A stretch of DNA of 63,977 bases, filler included, from Cercozoa sp. M6MM (GCA_040357565.1; 11 parts of 11 records of this genome joined end to end with filler, not necessarily neighbours in it), one strand, 5' to 3'; positions 32,383-46,220 are shown, counted from the first letter of the whole stretch. Notes: generated from the letters alone by a model not told the origin. Program-made: numbers and translations.

Positions 32383-33245
32383 ATGCAGCAGGAGGGCTTT
32401 GATCGCAAACTCGTATTTCGAGCAATTCTTGCTGGGGGAGCTTTTGCAAGGACGGTTTGAATGTTAAAATGTGAGTTTCTTCGTTTGAAAGTGTTTTACC
32501 TGCAGGAAGAAGTGCGCGCACGCCAGGAGGAAGAAGAGCTTCGACGCAGTGCACAAAAGAGTGCTGACAAAGCAAGTGAAGTCGAGAAGCACCGACAGGA
32601 GTCCGAGTTTTTCAAGCAGCGGGCTGAATGCGCTTCCTTGTCCCAGATGCAACGGCGCGCAAGCGCGAAACTGGCGATTTCCCAGGAAACCAAAGCGCAG
32701 CAGGAAGCTACCTTCGAGTACTTCAAGGGTGTCGAAGAAAGCAGGTGGCAAGAAACTCTCGACCGACAAGCAAGCATCGAAAAGGCGTAGCAATTTCAGT
32801 CAGATCAGTTTCCAGTTGTTGCTCCAGTGTGTATCGTTGTATCGATGACTGCAGAATTAAGGCGGAAGAAGAGGCGAAACAGATGGCCGAAGTAGAGTTG
32901 TTGAAATCTGAAGTTATGTCGGAGGTACGGCCTAGCCTTCTCCCTTGCACTGCACCTGCCAGTAATCTACTGTTCTGGCTGTGTACGTACCTGCAGTTGT
33001 GCCACGTGACACGAGCAAATGAATCCGAGCTTCTAGCAGCAGTTGGTACCGCTGAGTCCGCGCTCGTTCCACCTCCTGTTGAGAGGTGCAATCAAACTCA
33101 GACCTGTTGCAGTAAATTAACTCTACCCTACGAATCTCGCAGGCAGCGGCAAGCGGAAACGCGGCGCCGTTCCAAGTTGTTTTTAAAGGAGATGGCCTCC
33201 TCCGGCAAGCTGCCAGTCATGTCGGGAAGCGCACTCGTCATGTGA
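32383..33245 (+). CDS. Unidentified coiled-coil protein
   Basis: E/Q/R/K-rich exons (EEVRARQEEEELRRSAQK...) joined by GT-AG introns, ending in TGA at 33243-33245. Confidence 0.5.
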
Positions 33246-33446
33246 CTTTAACCACCTGGTTATGGCGTGCCCAGCGCCTCGGCTTGCACGGCGAGTCGCG
33301 AGGGCGATATGAAGCACTGCACTGAACTCACTCTGTACGCCAACTACCGGACACTTCCGTTCGGCCACCGCACGATTCGACTGCGGTCTCGGCTTTAGCG
33401 TAGATCGCGATTGCATGGCTTCACGTAAATTATGCTCTAAAACGAA

Positions 33447-35215
33447 TTAGTCGCCATCCTTCATCTGGCCATCGTCAGTCGCGTGCTCACTGTCCGCCTT
33501 CGGCGCAGCAGACGCCGTTCGCAGCTGGAGACGTGAAGCATCGGGCCGACCGTCGTCGAGGAGCGGCACCTGCACGCTACCGACCTCGACGGCGCCTGTT
33601 GACAAAAACAACCACAGAACACTCATAGAAATGCACGGGCACATGGGAAGAGAACACACCTTCAACGGCAACAGCGGCATCCCAGCCATGCGAGACCACA
33701 ACGTCGATACAATTGTGCGACTTGTGGACCTAAGTGCAAGATCGCATGCGAGTGTCGTCAGAAAAGAGAAACCAAGAAACGGAGCTACCGCGAGTTGCAG
33801 CTGTGCTGTTGTCATCTCCTCGGTGAGAAGACCCTTCTGCACCAGCTCGTTTAAGACGCAGTTCCTTACAGTCTGCAAGATGGACAACTTTGAGCCAGAA
33901 ACGGTCAAGCACGAGGCCAGTGGTACGAGCCAGTCGCGTGGAGGCATGTGCAACAAGGCACACAGTTTTCGCTCTCTGACAACATGTTGTAACCCTTTCA
34001 TCGAAAAACCAAGACGCTGACAGAACATACTCGGCAGGTAGTTGGTGGAACTCGGGTTCATGACTGAAATCTTTGGGCGCCAACATCTGTGGTCGCAACT
34101 CTTGCGTCTCTTCCTTGACCTACTTAATACCAACATCACATCGACATCAAAGCGAAAAACAAAAGGATGGTACAGGTGCAGGCTCATGCGCTGTGCTCGC
34201 CGGTCGCAACTGTGCCGCTGAGATACGTCTTCGCTGGACCTGCAGGAACACATGGTGCTCAGGACTACCGACACTCGCCAAAAACTCAGGTACAGGCACG
34301 CGCGGCAGCGTGTACTTTTCCACCATTTGTCGTTCCGCGTCAGTGAGGTCCACCAGCGATCTCTACGCAAAACAGAAGCATGTGATACAGACGGAAAAAA
34401 CACACAACGCTTATCCACACGACATACCAATTGAAGACCACGCGTGGCTCGGCGCGCGGGCTGTTGTCTACTCGACACAGCACGAGAAATTGAAGCCCCC
34501 TGCACCCCAAAGAGCACCAGAAATACCGGAAGTTCGACTCGAGCCATCTGTTGCCTTCTGCAAGATTCTTGAAACCTGCTTCTCTAGGAACAACGAAAGG
34601 TGGCTTCGAACAGAAAAGCATAGCGAGAATTATTCGAAGAAACGACACCTCATTCGCTGCAACTCACGAATTCGCCTGCGCAGGTGCATTTCTTCCACGA
34701 GTCCGCGGAATAGCGCGTCGTGCTCGGCAGGCGATTGGAAGCGAGCCTGTTCAAAACAAGAATCTCAAAGAGGCGAACACAACACAAGAATATAGGAGTA
34801 CGAGTGGCTTCAAGTTCCGCCAGATGTCTCGCTCTGGCGGCGAGAGTCGCGGTGGCGTTTTCAGCGCTTCCAAACCTCGTTGGAACAAGAACTCGCGTCG
34901 AATCTTACGAGCCTAGATTTGAAAAGGTAAAACAGTACAACAACAACAACAAGAACAACGCCAACACTAAAAGATACCTGAAGAACGCGCCAGTACTCGC
35001 GCATGATTTGCTCCTTCAACTGCTTCGCCTCCTCTTCGTCGTCGTCGTAGAACTCGATCTCCTTCAGGTGATGCTCGAAGGTCTAGCAACACAAGCAAAC
35101 GTGAGATCACAGACAACACTGAGTCACGAAACGAAAGAACCTGTTTGTATTCAAAGTCAAAATCCCGTCGTTTCACGTTGAAGCCTGCGATAGGAAAAAG
35201 TTGCATGCAAGGCTG

Positions 35216-35268
<53 letters not shown>

Positions 35269-36033
35269 ATGAACGCACCCAGCACATCCGCAGAATTCAA
35301 CAACGATGCGTGTAATTCAGAAGGAAGCTTTCCCTGTCAGACAAAGGTGTACGATAAAGCAAGACTCCCAAAGCAAACAAGTACTTACCTTTTCCGGATC
35401 TGGGTGCGGAGCCATCGGAACGGCGACATGCTTCTTGTGCTTGGACGCCTTGACCGGCATCTTGTCCTCAGTTGCAAGGTAGCACTCGTAGTAGTGTCGC
35501 TCGCACTCTGCGCGAGGTTTGGTTCGCACAATTTCGGCCACTTGCTGCCAGTTTCCGACACCTACAGACACGCTTATAAGCATGTCATTGCGACATTTGT
35601 CGCACGCGCTTTTTACTCTGCAGTACCATAGCGTTCGATGGAAGCGAGCAAGCGCATTTCTTCGTCAGCACGCCACGAATCATCGAGCACAGGACTGTCC
35701 ATGGCAGGAAGCAAGCGATAAGCGTGCTCGCGCTTGTGTTTTCCGGGCTCCATGCCGAAGGAAAAGCAGTCGAGACACAGCACGCAGCCGCACTCGGCAC
35801 AGTGAACCATCACGTCAGAGTAAACATTTTCGCCTTCGCCTATGCGCCGGGGACGCAAGCAGGACTCGCAGTCAAGTTCTTGAACCTGCCCGCCACTCAA
35901 ACGTCAAGCAAAGCAAGAGCAAAACACCCTAGAGCAAAACATCCGAACGCACCTGCTTGCTGCGCAGGAAAATCGGAGCTACAAAACGTGAGTCCTCTAG
36001 GTCTGTCGACAGCACGTGATTTTCGGTCGACAT
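33447..36033 (-). CDS. ADA2: Transcriptional adaptor 2 (SAGA subunit)
   Basis: ZZ finger (CAECGCVLCLDCFSFGME...HKREHAY), SANT (WRADEEMRLL...GNWQQVAE...ECERHY), GFNVKRRDFDFEY, and a SWIRM-like C-terminus. Confidence 0.9.
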
Positions 36034-36374
36034 TTCTGGGCCGCTCACTCAACGCCCGCGCGGAAAGGCCGGAAATACGAAGTGGGCCGACACCACCAGC
36101 CTCGAGGTTATTGGGACGAAAAACACCAGCGAGCTATGGATTCGCCAGGAATCACTCGAACACTAAGCCAATCGGTCAACAGCGCGTGGGAGACTTGTCC
36201 TGGCGTTAGTGAGAACAGACTCACTTGGCGCACCCTTAAAAAAACGAATCTGGCGGGGTTTGCATTTCCTGCAAGCACACTGTGTGTGGCGCTGGGCACT
36301 CGCTAATCATGGGCGACCCATCGCATCAAAGGCGCCGGAGCGCCATTCAGGAATTCGAGCGCGCTCATCACATC

Positions 36375-38118
36375 ATGAGTCGCGGTACAGAGCTCTGTGT
36401 GCACGCATTTGCAGTTTTGCTTGCGAGCGCTCTGTTCTAGATGACGAGTGGAACAACGCGCTGGTGAAGAATGTGACGCTCGACTGGTTCTACAACCCGC
36501 ACACGGTAGCAATTGTCCTGGGCGGTTGCGGGAGGCTTGACTGTCGAGTGTGTGCAGTTGTCTGCACTGGCCGTGGTGCTGCTCGGCGTGATTTCGCTCG
36601 CGTTTTTTGGTGGCGTTGGCGACAACGATGACGCACAACTCGATTGTACTCGAGGCTTTGTGGGAGGATGTCTGTATATGTGAGAGTGCAGGGCAGAACC
36701 TGCGCATCGGTGTTGCCGTTGCCGCCGCTTGTTTCCTGGGTGACTTCTTGCTTTCATAATAAAGGAAGCATGGATCTAAGGGGTTCAATAGTTTAAGGGG
36801 GTTAAGGGGATTAAGGGAGATGACAAAGAGTGCTTGCTGTCTGGTGGAACAGTGCTCGGACTGCTGCACTTCCCGGCCGGTCCTTTCACTCGGTACTGTT
36901 TCCATGCCTAATTTGTACGGTCTAATTTGTACGGTCCGTGTATGTGCCCATATGTACCGTACATTTGTACAGGCCGCATCCGGTGTTGTGGCGTCTGACC
37001 TTTGGTGTTGGCGTGCTGTATCTCTTCTGTCTCGTCGTGCTGCTCTTCCAGTCGCAGGTACACCCAACCCACCTCATCCCCTTTGACCCTACCCCACCCT
37101 CTACCCAACCCAGGCGGGCGCGCGAAGAATGATGCTCTTCTTCAGCGACTCGCTTAACAAGCCGCTCAAGGCCAAGAGGTAGCTCCATCCCCTCTCCTTA
37201 ACCCCTTACCCCCCGTGCCCCTAGTTACGCGGCGGACTGCTCGTTCACGTGGGAGGCGATTCGGCCCAACCTGGACCGGTTCGTAGTGGCGCACTTTCTG
37301 GGCTGGGTGGGCAAGGCACTCATGGTGCGCAACCGTCTGATCTGCTGGACGGTGTCGATCACGTGGGAACTCATCGAGATGGGCCTCATCTACGCGCTGC
37401 CGAACTTTGAGGAGTGCTGGTGGGACCAGTGGCTCCTCGATGTCCTGCTGGCCAACGGCATCGGTATCGAGGTAGCCTCCCCCCCTCCCCTACCTTCCCT
37501 TACCACCTACCCCTACCCTACCCCTACCCCTACCCTACCCCTACCCCTACCCAACTCTACCCCTACCCCTACCCCTACCATATTCCTACCTTTACCCATA
37601 CCCTTACTATATTCCTACCCCACCCGATCCCTTGTCCCCAGGTGGGTCACCGATTGTGCGACTGGCTGGAGATGCGCGAGTACCGATGGAGCGGCATCTT
37701 TCAGATCCCCACCATGGCCGGCAAGGCCAAGCGACTTGCGCTGCAGTTCACTCCGGTATTACCCCCCCCCCTCCACCCTCCCTTACCCCTGACCCTACCT
37801 TTTGACCCTACCTTTTGACCCTACCTTTTGACCCTGCCTGTAGGCCAGTTGGACGCGAGTGAGATGGGAACCGTTCGACTCGATTCGTCGACTGCTCGTT
37901 GCGAACTTTTTGATTTGTACCTCACTCCCTTACCCCCTACCCCCGCACCCTTAACCACAGCCGGCCTCCTTAATGTCTCGTGTGCAGTGATGCTGCAAGC
38001 GATAGAGCTGCACGCCTTTGTGCTCAAGGTGGTGCTGTGGGTTCCGATCGAGCACGTCATCAATCCGATCCGACTGGCGATGTGGATGTTCCTGGCCTGC
38101 GCTGCCGTGCGACAGCTG
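36375..38118 (+). CDS. PTDSS: Base-exchange phosphatidylserine synthase (3' truncated)
   Basis: TLDWFYNPHT, RPHPVLWR, YAADCS, AHFLGWVGKALMVRN, SITWELIE, LPNFEECWWDQWLLDVLLANGIGI, ELHAFVLK. Confidence 0.93.
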
Positions 38119-38248
38119 TATGCTTACCCCCTGCCCTNNNNNNNNNNNNNNNNNNNNNNNNNNNNNNNNNNNNNNNNNNNNTTAATTAATTAANNNNNNN
38201 NNNNNNNNNNNNNNNNNNNNNNNNNNNNNNNNNNNNNCCCCCCGGTAG

Positions 38249-41200
38249 AATGACGGCGCCTTGTACAAGGTCGCTCGCGATCCTGTACTCTGGCGTGTCT
38301 TTTCTCCGTGTGTTTGTGCTAGTACTAGCATAACCTTCCTCTTTCTTTTGTTGTGAGACTAGATTCTGCGCGAGTCGTCGGACCTGAAAGACCGCGAGTC
38401 GCGTCTGTACCGATGTCTACCCCATCCCTTGCACTCCTTTTGATACTGAGAGGCGACAATTCCCTCAGGCCGCTAAGTTCGCGCGTCGCTTTCGAACTGA
38501 TCGCACCGTCGCTGAGACACGACTGGCTAGAACTGGTACTCTGTGTACCAGTGTGCCAGTGTGTGTGTGTGTGTGTGTGTACATATGTACACTTGAACCT
38601 ATCTGATGTGTGCAGAGACTAGAGGCCGGCGACACGATTCGTGTGAAACGACCGGTGATTCGAATTCCGTGCGACGGGTGCGTTGAATTAGGGCGGAGAC
38701 TGGGGGTAAATGGGATGGGGGGGGGGATACTTTGCTGCCGTGTAGACTGTGCGACGACGTCTGGCAGTACCGCTTCGTGTGTTTCTTTTGTGTCGCAAGT
38801 AGGGGAGTATTGTACGAGAGGTAAGCTGTCCTGTGAGACTAGGTGGCCGACTTTGCCGGCTTTGACGAGGATGATTCCGGCTTTGACGACGGCGAGGTCA
38901 TGCTAACGCTGTCGATGCGACAGGAGGAAGGAGCCGATGTGATCGACCTAGTGACTGGACCGATCGCCTCGTGGCCCGCACTACGCGATCGTACCGATCT
39001 GGACCGACTGTTTGATTCGGTAGCCACCTTAGATACACTGTGCTGTGTTGGTCTGTACCTCGACCTACACTCTCGTAGTTCCCTTTCGCTATAACTGCCG
39101 TGCGGACGGTACTGTGTTTCCTTTGGTTTGTCTATAGGTGTATGAGTAATCACAAGGGAGTGTATTCGTAGGCCAACCACTTCAGACTCAACGGGTGTCA
39201 AGACGAGGCAGACGCGCGTCTCTGTGGCCAGGCCAGTCCGCCACCAAGCAACACGGTAGACTGCAGAACTGCAAGAGACGTGGGGACTGAAGCCACTCCT
39301 ACTGTCTGCCCTCAATATAGGTCGAGGATGTCAAGTGCCTCATCGTCAGCAAGTGTCCCGTCGACACGGATGAACAGCAGGACTGGTAAGGGAGTGCTAG
39401 GGTACATTTAAGGAAGCAACGCATGTGTGTACCCGTGTTGGACACAGGCTCGTGCTGGCCGGCGTCGGTCTGCACCTGTTGCGACATCCGGAGATTCGGG
39501 TAGTCGCTTCACCTTCTCTACCCTCCCCTCCCCTCCCCTACCCCTCCCCTCCCCTACCCCTCCCCTACCCCTTACGTCCACCCTTTACTTCCCGCGCCCT
39601 GTACCCCTTTACCTCCTTGCATGCAGGTGATGGCATTTGTGAAGGATCGATACCTGCTGCAGGGCAGTAGGCTTGCTTTGTGTTCCTCTGGTCTATCTTG
39701 TTGGTTGCATGTGCATGTCTATGTGTGCTGACAGGCGAGACAGATTGGATCGGCTACGACAGTGTTCTGGTACGAACAGACTGCGGTACTACAGGACGGG
39801 TTGTTTGTACGAATGTACAACTTAGAGCACGGTGGTGAACCGTCAGTTCGGTCTGCAACTGGTCGATTTGAACGATGATGGCGCCATCGACGCACTTGCC
39901 GGTACTGCCGTGTCTGTCAGGCAACCTTGTCTGCATGACAACCCTGTTTGTGTTTCTGTTGGACAGACGTGTCGAACGAGGTGAAACAGACGCTGAAACA
40001 ACTCGACGTTGCCAACAAATTCGGTCACGCCGACGTCGACATTGACTCGTGTAGGCTGCTTACCCTTCCCATTCCATCCCTTGTATCTCTGTCTGGAGTA
40101 GCCACGGTGCTGCTGGCACCGGTTCCACGCGGACTGGCGGAGTACAACCTGCCGGTACGGGCTGAGTTATCCATGCACATCTAGTATTTACAGTATATAT
40201 TATTTATATGTAGTGTGTGCAATTATATATATATATATATACCTATATGAATGTATGGTGTATGTATGGACAGCTGGGTGCCATGGCAGTGTGGAAACGA
40301 CACAAGTCTAACGCTCTGTTTGACGTGTAAGGATGGTCTGTCGATGTGTAATTTCTTCTGTACATGAAACGTGGATGGTCAGTGGGACCTACGGTGAGGT
40401 ACCGTCGACCAACGCGACGGCGTACCAGTGCAAGTGAGTTGTGCCTGTCCAATCATGTGGTATCATGGGCATGTATGGTGTGCATGCGACAGTCCATGCA
40501 CCGAGTCAGTGCACGAGTTCTTGGTACTCTTGTCCTTTACCCGTACACCCTACCCCTTATCCCCGTGTCTGATGACCCCACTATACAAACAGTCCTACGC
40601 CGTGCCGTTTGAAGGCTCGTACTACCCGGTACTATTTCCATGTGACTGAACTGACCTGGCCCGACCCTAACCTGACCTGACTGGACTGACCTGACCTGAC
40701 CTGACTGCGCAGCTCGTGTCCTACAACGGCGCCTTCTTCGTACAGCTCAAACAAGTCGCCAACCCGCAGCTCGACGGCAATTGTGAGGTGTGTGCCTGGC
40801 TTTGCCCCCTCTTCACCTTTACCCCTACCCTCTTGTGCGTACAGTTGGTGGGCAACGTGGTGCAAGGCTGCTCACGTCTTGGTATTTTCTCATTGTTCAA
40901 AACGGATCCCTTTTTAGTGGGGTGGTGATACTCCGGGTGGTGATACTCTCGGTGATGGTCACAGGTGGCAACCGACTGCAGCTGATGGCGTTCAATCTGG
41001 TTTGTCATCTCTTTTACCCTATCTCCCTTTGACTCCGTGCCTTGCGTGGTAGAACACTACAGCGTTTCACTACGGCGTCCGACTCGTGTACGAGGACAAG
41101 GTACGACTTACCTCCTGTTAAATTCTCGCCCTACCCTCCCCCCCCCCGTATGTTTGTTGTGCAGTACACCTTTTCGAGTGGCAATGTGACGGTGCAGCTT

Positions 41201-41318
41201 GTCTCTCGTAGTGATTGTTGGTGTGCCCAACTAATGCACCCTGTGTGGCGAGAGTGTAGATTGGCACCGGTCTGGCCGACTCGCAGACGATCGAGTTCGA
41301 CTTGCCGCCTGTGCCGCA
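38249..41318 (+). CDS. Unidentified, probably extracellular protein built from very short exons (partial)
   Basis: More than 20 exons, mostly 21-80 nt, splice in frame. Contains DLNDDGAIDAL and N-glycosylation sequons NAT, NTT and NVT. Confidence 0.6.
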
Positions 41319-41327
41319 GTAGTTTTG

Positions 41328-41389
<62 letters not shown>

Positions 41390-41537
41390 NNNNNNNNNNN
41401 NNNNNNNNNNNNNNNNNNNNNNNNNNNNNNNNNTTAATTAATTAANNNNNNNNNNNNNNNNNNNNNNNNNNNNNNNNNNNNNNNNNNNNGGGGGGGGGGG
41501 GGTAAGGGCGAAAGGAGTGGGGGTAGAAGGAGCATAC

Positions 41538-43198
41538 GCGCCGATGACGACTTCTTGCGCGATTTGAGCGTGCGCAGCTTGTCCAGTCGTGCCTTGACTC
41601 GCTCCAGCTCTACCGTGGGAGGGGGTATGAGGTTGTAACGGGGTGGGATAGAGGGACAAAGCACCATTCTGCAGCTTGTTGCTGATGCCGAGACCGCCGC
41701 GCGTCCACAAAATCGACACGAGCGCCGTGGCCAGTCGCCGCGTTTCGCTGCGTTTCTTGAGCGAGGCGAACCGTCGCTCCAGTCTGACGTAGTCCTGCTG
41801 CGCCTGGATCTACGGGCACACACACACACACATGCACACACGCACATGCACACACGCACATGCACACACACACACATGCACACGTGAGCACGGGTGTGAT
41901 CGGGTTGATAACCACTCCCAGTGAGATCAGTGGGACAGGATACGCGTGCCAGGCCGTGCTCGCCAAAGCCGCAGCGCGCCAGCAATCGCAGCAGCACCGA
42001 GTCCTCCTGCGGCGACCATGGCGACACGTCGAGCACCTCGTCGCCCGGCGCGTTCTCCGCCGTGTTGCGTGGCCTCTTGGCCTTGCTCTGTGCCGACATC
42101 TGTCCAACGGGGGGGGGGGGGGGAGAGAGGGCAAGGGGTTAGCGGGAGTAGGGTAGGGACTACCTTGGCGTCCACCAGGAGGTCGGCAATCGGCGTGACC
42201 TGCGACGTGAAGCGCTGCTTAAGTCGCATGTGCTGCGCCTTGGCCCTGTCGACGTCGCGTCGACACTCAGCGCACAGTCGCGCCAGCTGCACTATCTCCG
42301 CCGAGCACACCTGTCGGGAGGGGAGTAAGAGGGGCGAAGAGGTGGGCAATGGGGTGGGAGGTAAAGCAACACACCTGGGCCAGCATATCGGCGGCACGCA
42401 CGTGCGCCCCAGTGCCGAGGAACTCGCGCAGTGCGGGTGATCCCGTCACCGGCATAAGCAGCATGTGCGCCAGCATCGGCAGCGACACCACCGTGTCCTG
42501 CCCGGGAAAGGGAGGGGTGGAGCGGACGGAGGCAGCAAGGTATCAACACGTACCTCCAGCAGCATGCGCAGCTTGGCGCCCTCCTGCGACAGATCGAGTG
42601 TCACGCAGTGCCGCATGGCCGACATCTGCTTGGCCGACAACTTGAGGTTCTCGTCGTCCCTATCCATACCCAAATCAATTAAGGGGGTGCTTTGCATACT
42701 TAAAGGGCCCGGTGTGTATACAGGATGCGCTGCAGTTTCTTGCGCGCCGAGCGTTGGCAGCCAGCGATGAATTTCTGCTGCTGCTCGCGCAGCTGTGCCA
42801 CCTTCTTGCGGTCCTTCTCCTGCCACAGGGGGGGGGGGGGGGGAAAAGGGCCCCGCGGGAAAGGGGGTGGGATGTGTGTGGGGGGGCATACCTCATCGTC
42901 GTCACCAACGCCGAGGTAGGCCAGTCGGTGCGAGAGCTGCAGCTCCACGGCCAGCGCCAGCAGCGTGCGGAACAGCGTGTCGGCCCGCGACAGGACCTTC
43001 TGCGCCTCCTTGCGCCGCGTCGTGCCCTCCTCGTGGTCCTTCATCTCCTGCGCCGTCCAGGTGATCAGCCGCGCCACCACGCCGAGTTTGAAGGCGCGCC
43101 GCCTCTCCTGCAGCAGCGTCAGTGCCGGCTGCTCCACCTTAAACAACTGGTTCCGCGCGTACTCACTCGTACCTGCCTCCATGTCAGCCTCCTTCTCT
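41538..43198 (-). CDS. Internal fragment of a probable CHD-family chromatin remodeller (SANT/SLIDE-like region)
   Basis: WSPQEDSVLLRLLARCGFG...I resembles the CHD SLIDE motif W-x2-EED-x2-LL-x5-GFG; high-GC3 exons. Confidence 0.5.
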
Positions 43199-43345
43199 NN
43201 NNNNNNNNNNNNNNNNNNNNNNNNNNNNNNNNNNNNNNNNNNTTAATTAATTAANNNNNNNNNNNNNNNNNNNNNNNNNNNNNNNNNNNNNNNNNNNNCA
43301 GAGTGTTATCTGGCTACTGGTTACTCGTGTGTCCTTATGGGGCAG

Positions 43346-45276
43346 GTGGAGGTGACACATCGGAGAGCATGGAGATCAGCGGGCCCACCAATGTCGTGCA
43401 CAAGATGCACATGGGTACCGAACCTTCCCTGTCATCCTAGACTTTTCCCCGACCCTCTACCCCCACCCCCTACCTCATACTCTCTTGTACTGCACCATAT
43501 AGGTTTCGACGGTCAGTCGGGCGAGTTCAAGGTCGAGAACATTCCCGACGAGTGGAAGGCACTGTTCAAGAACGCCGGCATTCGCAAGAAGGACCTCAAG
43601 GTGCGTTACCCTTTCCCCTTTGTTCTACCTCTTACTCCCTTCCCCTTGAGTATCGGTAGGACGAGCGCACGCGCAATGCCGTGATGGGCCTGGTGGCGCA
43701 GAATCTCGGCAGCAGCAAGGACGACGTCATGTCGCAGCTGCAGCGTCCCGCGCCACCTAAGCCTCCCCAGACAGCTCCTCAGGCACCTGTCCAACATCAA
43801 CCTGTGCCATCACAGGCACCACCTCAGCGTCCACAGACACCCACTCCCCCACAGGCGCCGCCGCAACGTCCCCAGGCGCCTGTACCTTCTCTTACACCCA
43901 TTCCCCTACCCCTTCCCCTTCCCCCCCCCCCCCCCCCCGTACTGTCATAACGTAGCAACCGCCACAGCAGCCACAAATTCGCGCAGGCGGACCGAGACCA
44001 CCGCCACGGAGGCCTGGTAGATCTATGCCCCCTGCTTCTACCCTCTTAGCCCCTGCCCCCCCCCTTTGGCCCCTGCCCACCCCTTTACCCCCCCTCCCCC
44101 CACCTTGTAGTCGCTCCAACACCGCCGAGACAGCCGGCCGCGCCGCCACGACCTGCAGCTCCTGTAGCTTCATACTCTCCAACACCATTCGACCCTTAAC
44201 CCCCCTCTGTCCCTTACCTTGTGCCTATGTACCCCTGACCTTTTACCCCTGACCTTTTACCCCTGTCGTTTTACCCCTGTCCTTTTACCCTGTCCTTTTA
44301 TCCCTGTCCTTTACCCCTGCGCTTTACCCCCTGCCCGCGTACATCTGCACTAGGCCCGACCGTCGGCGCCGACGCGACCGTCGCAGCCGCCGGTGCCGAT
44401 GCGACCGGTGGCACCGCCGCGACCTGCGATGCCTACGCCGCCGCGTGCGCCTGTTGCTCCGGTAGGCCTCTGTTGTATCACCCAACTATCTGTAGTTTAT
44501 CATATATATATTTATTATATATATTGTATATATAGAGATATATTTATAGATGTATGCCTACACTGATACCTATCACCTTGGACATCAATGACAGACATCG
44601 CCAGTGGCACCGCCAACGCCGCCGGTGGCACCGTCGGCCGCCCCGCCCACTGGTCCGCCCACTCGTCCGTCCAGTGGTCCTCCCGACGGACGCGCCGACC
44701 TGCTGTCGGCCATTCGCGGTGGCGCCGCACTGTCGCCCGTGCAGAGCAAGGAGAAGACTGCGCCTGCGTCTGTGCCTGCCTCGGGCGGTGGCGACTTGCT
44801 CTCGGCCATCCGCGGTGGTGCCAAGTTGCGTCCCGTTGGCGAGCGCGCCTCCTCGCCCAGCAGGTGCAGTGTGGCTGTCCTCTACTTTCTTCCTACCATT
44901 CTTCCTTCCTGCCATTGTTACTTCCTACCGTTCTTCCTTCCTACCATTCTTCCTTCCTGCCGTTCTTCCTTCCTCCCATTCTTCCTTTTGGCTCTCGCAC
45001 TACCCACCTGTGTACAGCAACAAGCCTGAGGCACCGGCGCTCACGGGTGGCCAGGCGGCCACCTTGCAGGACCAGCTCAAGATGCTTGTCACGGTAATCC
45101 CTCCGACCTCCCTTCCTCCTGCAGACCTCTGATCTGTTTACTTTTCTCTTAGGCCATGCGTCCTGCCATGGAGAACGACGACGGCGATGACTCGGACTCG
45201 GACTCTGGTAAGTTCAGTCTTGGCCTCTCGTCTTCTTGGCTTCTTGAAGTGGGTGTTTTGCACAGACTGGGACTAA
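43346..45276 (+). CDS. WAS: WASP family Arp2/3 activator, 3' part
   Basis: CRIB/GBD EISGPTNVVHKMHMGFDGQSGEFKVENIPDEWKALFKNAGI, Pro-rich region, two WH2 motifs (GRADLLSAIRGG; GDLLSAIRGGAKLRPV), and acidic tail DDSDSDSDWD then TAA. Confidence 0.93.
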
Positions 45277-45550
45277 ATCGATTCCAGTTTGGACTAGCCG
45301 GTCAGTATTTTAAAGTACCGTACGTGACGCCGTGCCATAGTTAGTCTTCTAAGAACGTTGAAGCTTGGCGACATGAAGCCGTCAAACGTGCGTCATTGGG
45401 GCACTTGACGCCGTGCCGTACTAGTACTGTACCCCGCTTTGCTTAACAAAACTGGGAAAACTCCGCTAGACCAACGATACTGGCTGAAACTGAAAGAAAA
45501 TGGTGGATGGAAAGTCTCAGGCTTAGTTGCTGCACTGCGCGCGGCAGTGG

Positions 45551-46220
45551 TCAGTGCGGTTGCGGTTTATGCCCGTCGACGTAAAAGTTCCGTGTGGCAG
45601 CAGGCAAGGACACACGCGCGCCGTCCATATCCTCCGTTACCGTGACTTGGCAACTGAGGGAAATAGACATGAATGTAAACCCAGTGAGAACATGACATGC
45701 AGAGGGCGCGTGTACCCAAGACGCGACGTGTCTGTAAGGCCGAATGCCATGTCGAGCAAATCCTCCTCTTCCTGTGCGGATAGATTGTCCAAAGATAATA
45801 AAGAAAATCATTGACTCAACACACCTCGAGCGGTGGCTGCTCGTCTTCGAGTCTGTCGAACTGTTCGGGCTCAAGGATCACGTGGCACGTCGAACACTGA
45901 AGCACCTCATGAAACAATAAAGGAAGCAACAATAAACTGCATCAAACGTACAGCAAGGGAAGCCTCGCAGGCGCCCTCCAGGTCAACGCCGTTGTCGTGC
46001 GCCACATCGAGTAGATGGGCACCCACCTTGGCCTACTGATACCTCAGTTGGCGCGGGCATTGGGACAGTAGTTTTTGAGTACCTTGACAGGCAGTTCCTC
46101 GCCTTCGGGGGTGACCCAAATAAGGTCAACAAACTTCGTGCCGTCAGCTCCGGTACTGACCGCGAAGAAACGAGTTGTCCGCGCGGAGCGAGCAAAACGC
46201 ACAATTGCCCTCGACATCAT
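45551..46220 (-). CDS. Mitochondrial [2Fe-2S] ferredoxin (Yah1/FDX2 type)
   Basis: Presequence, [51 protein letters not shown] then TGA. Confidence 0.95.

Noticed and set aside
37500-37620. Interstitial telomeric repeat
   Set aside because: The unit is TACCCC, not a CCCTAA-type repeat; it is irregular and confined to introns.
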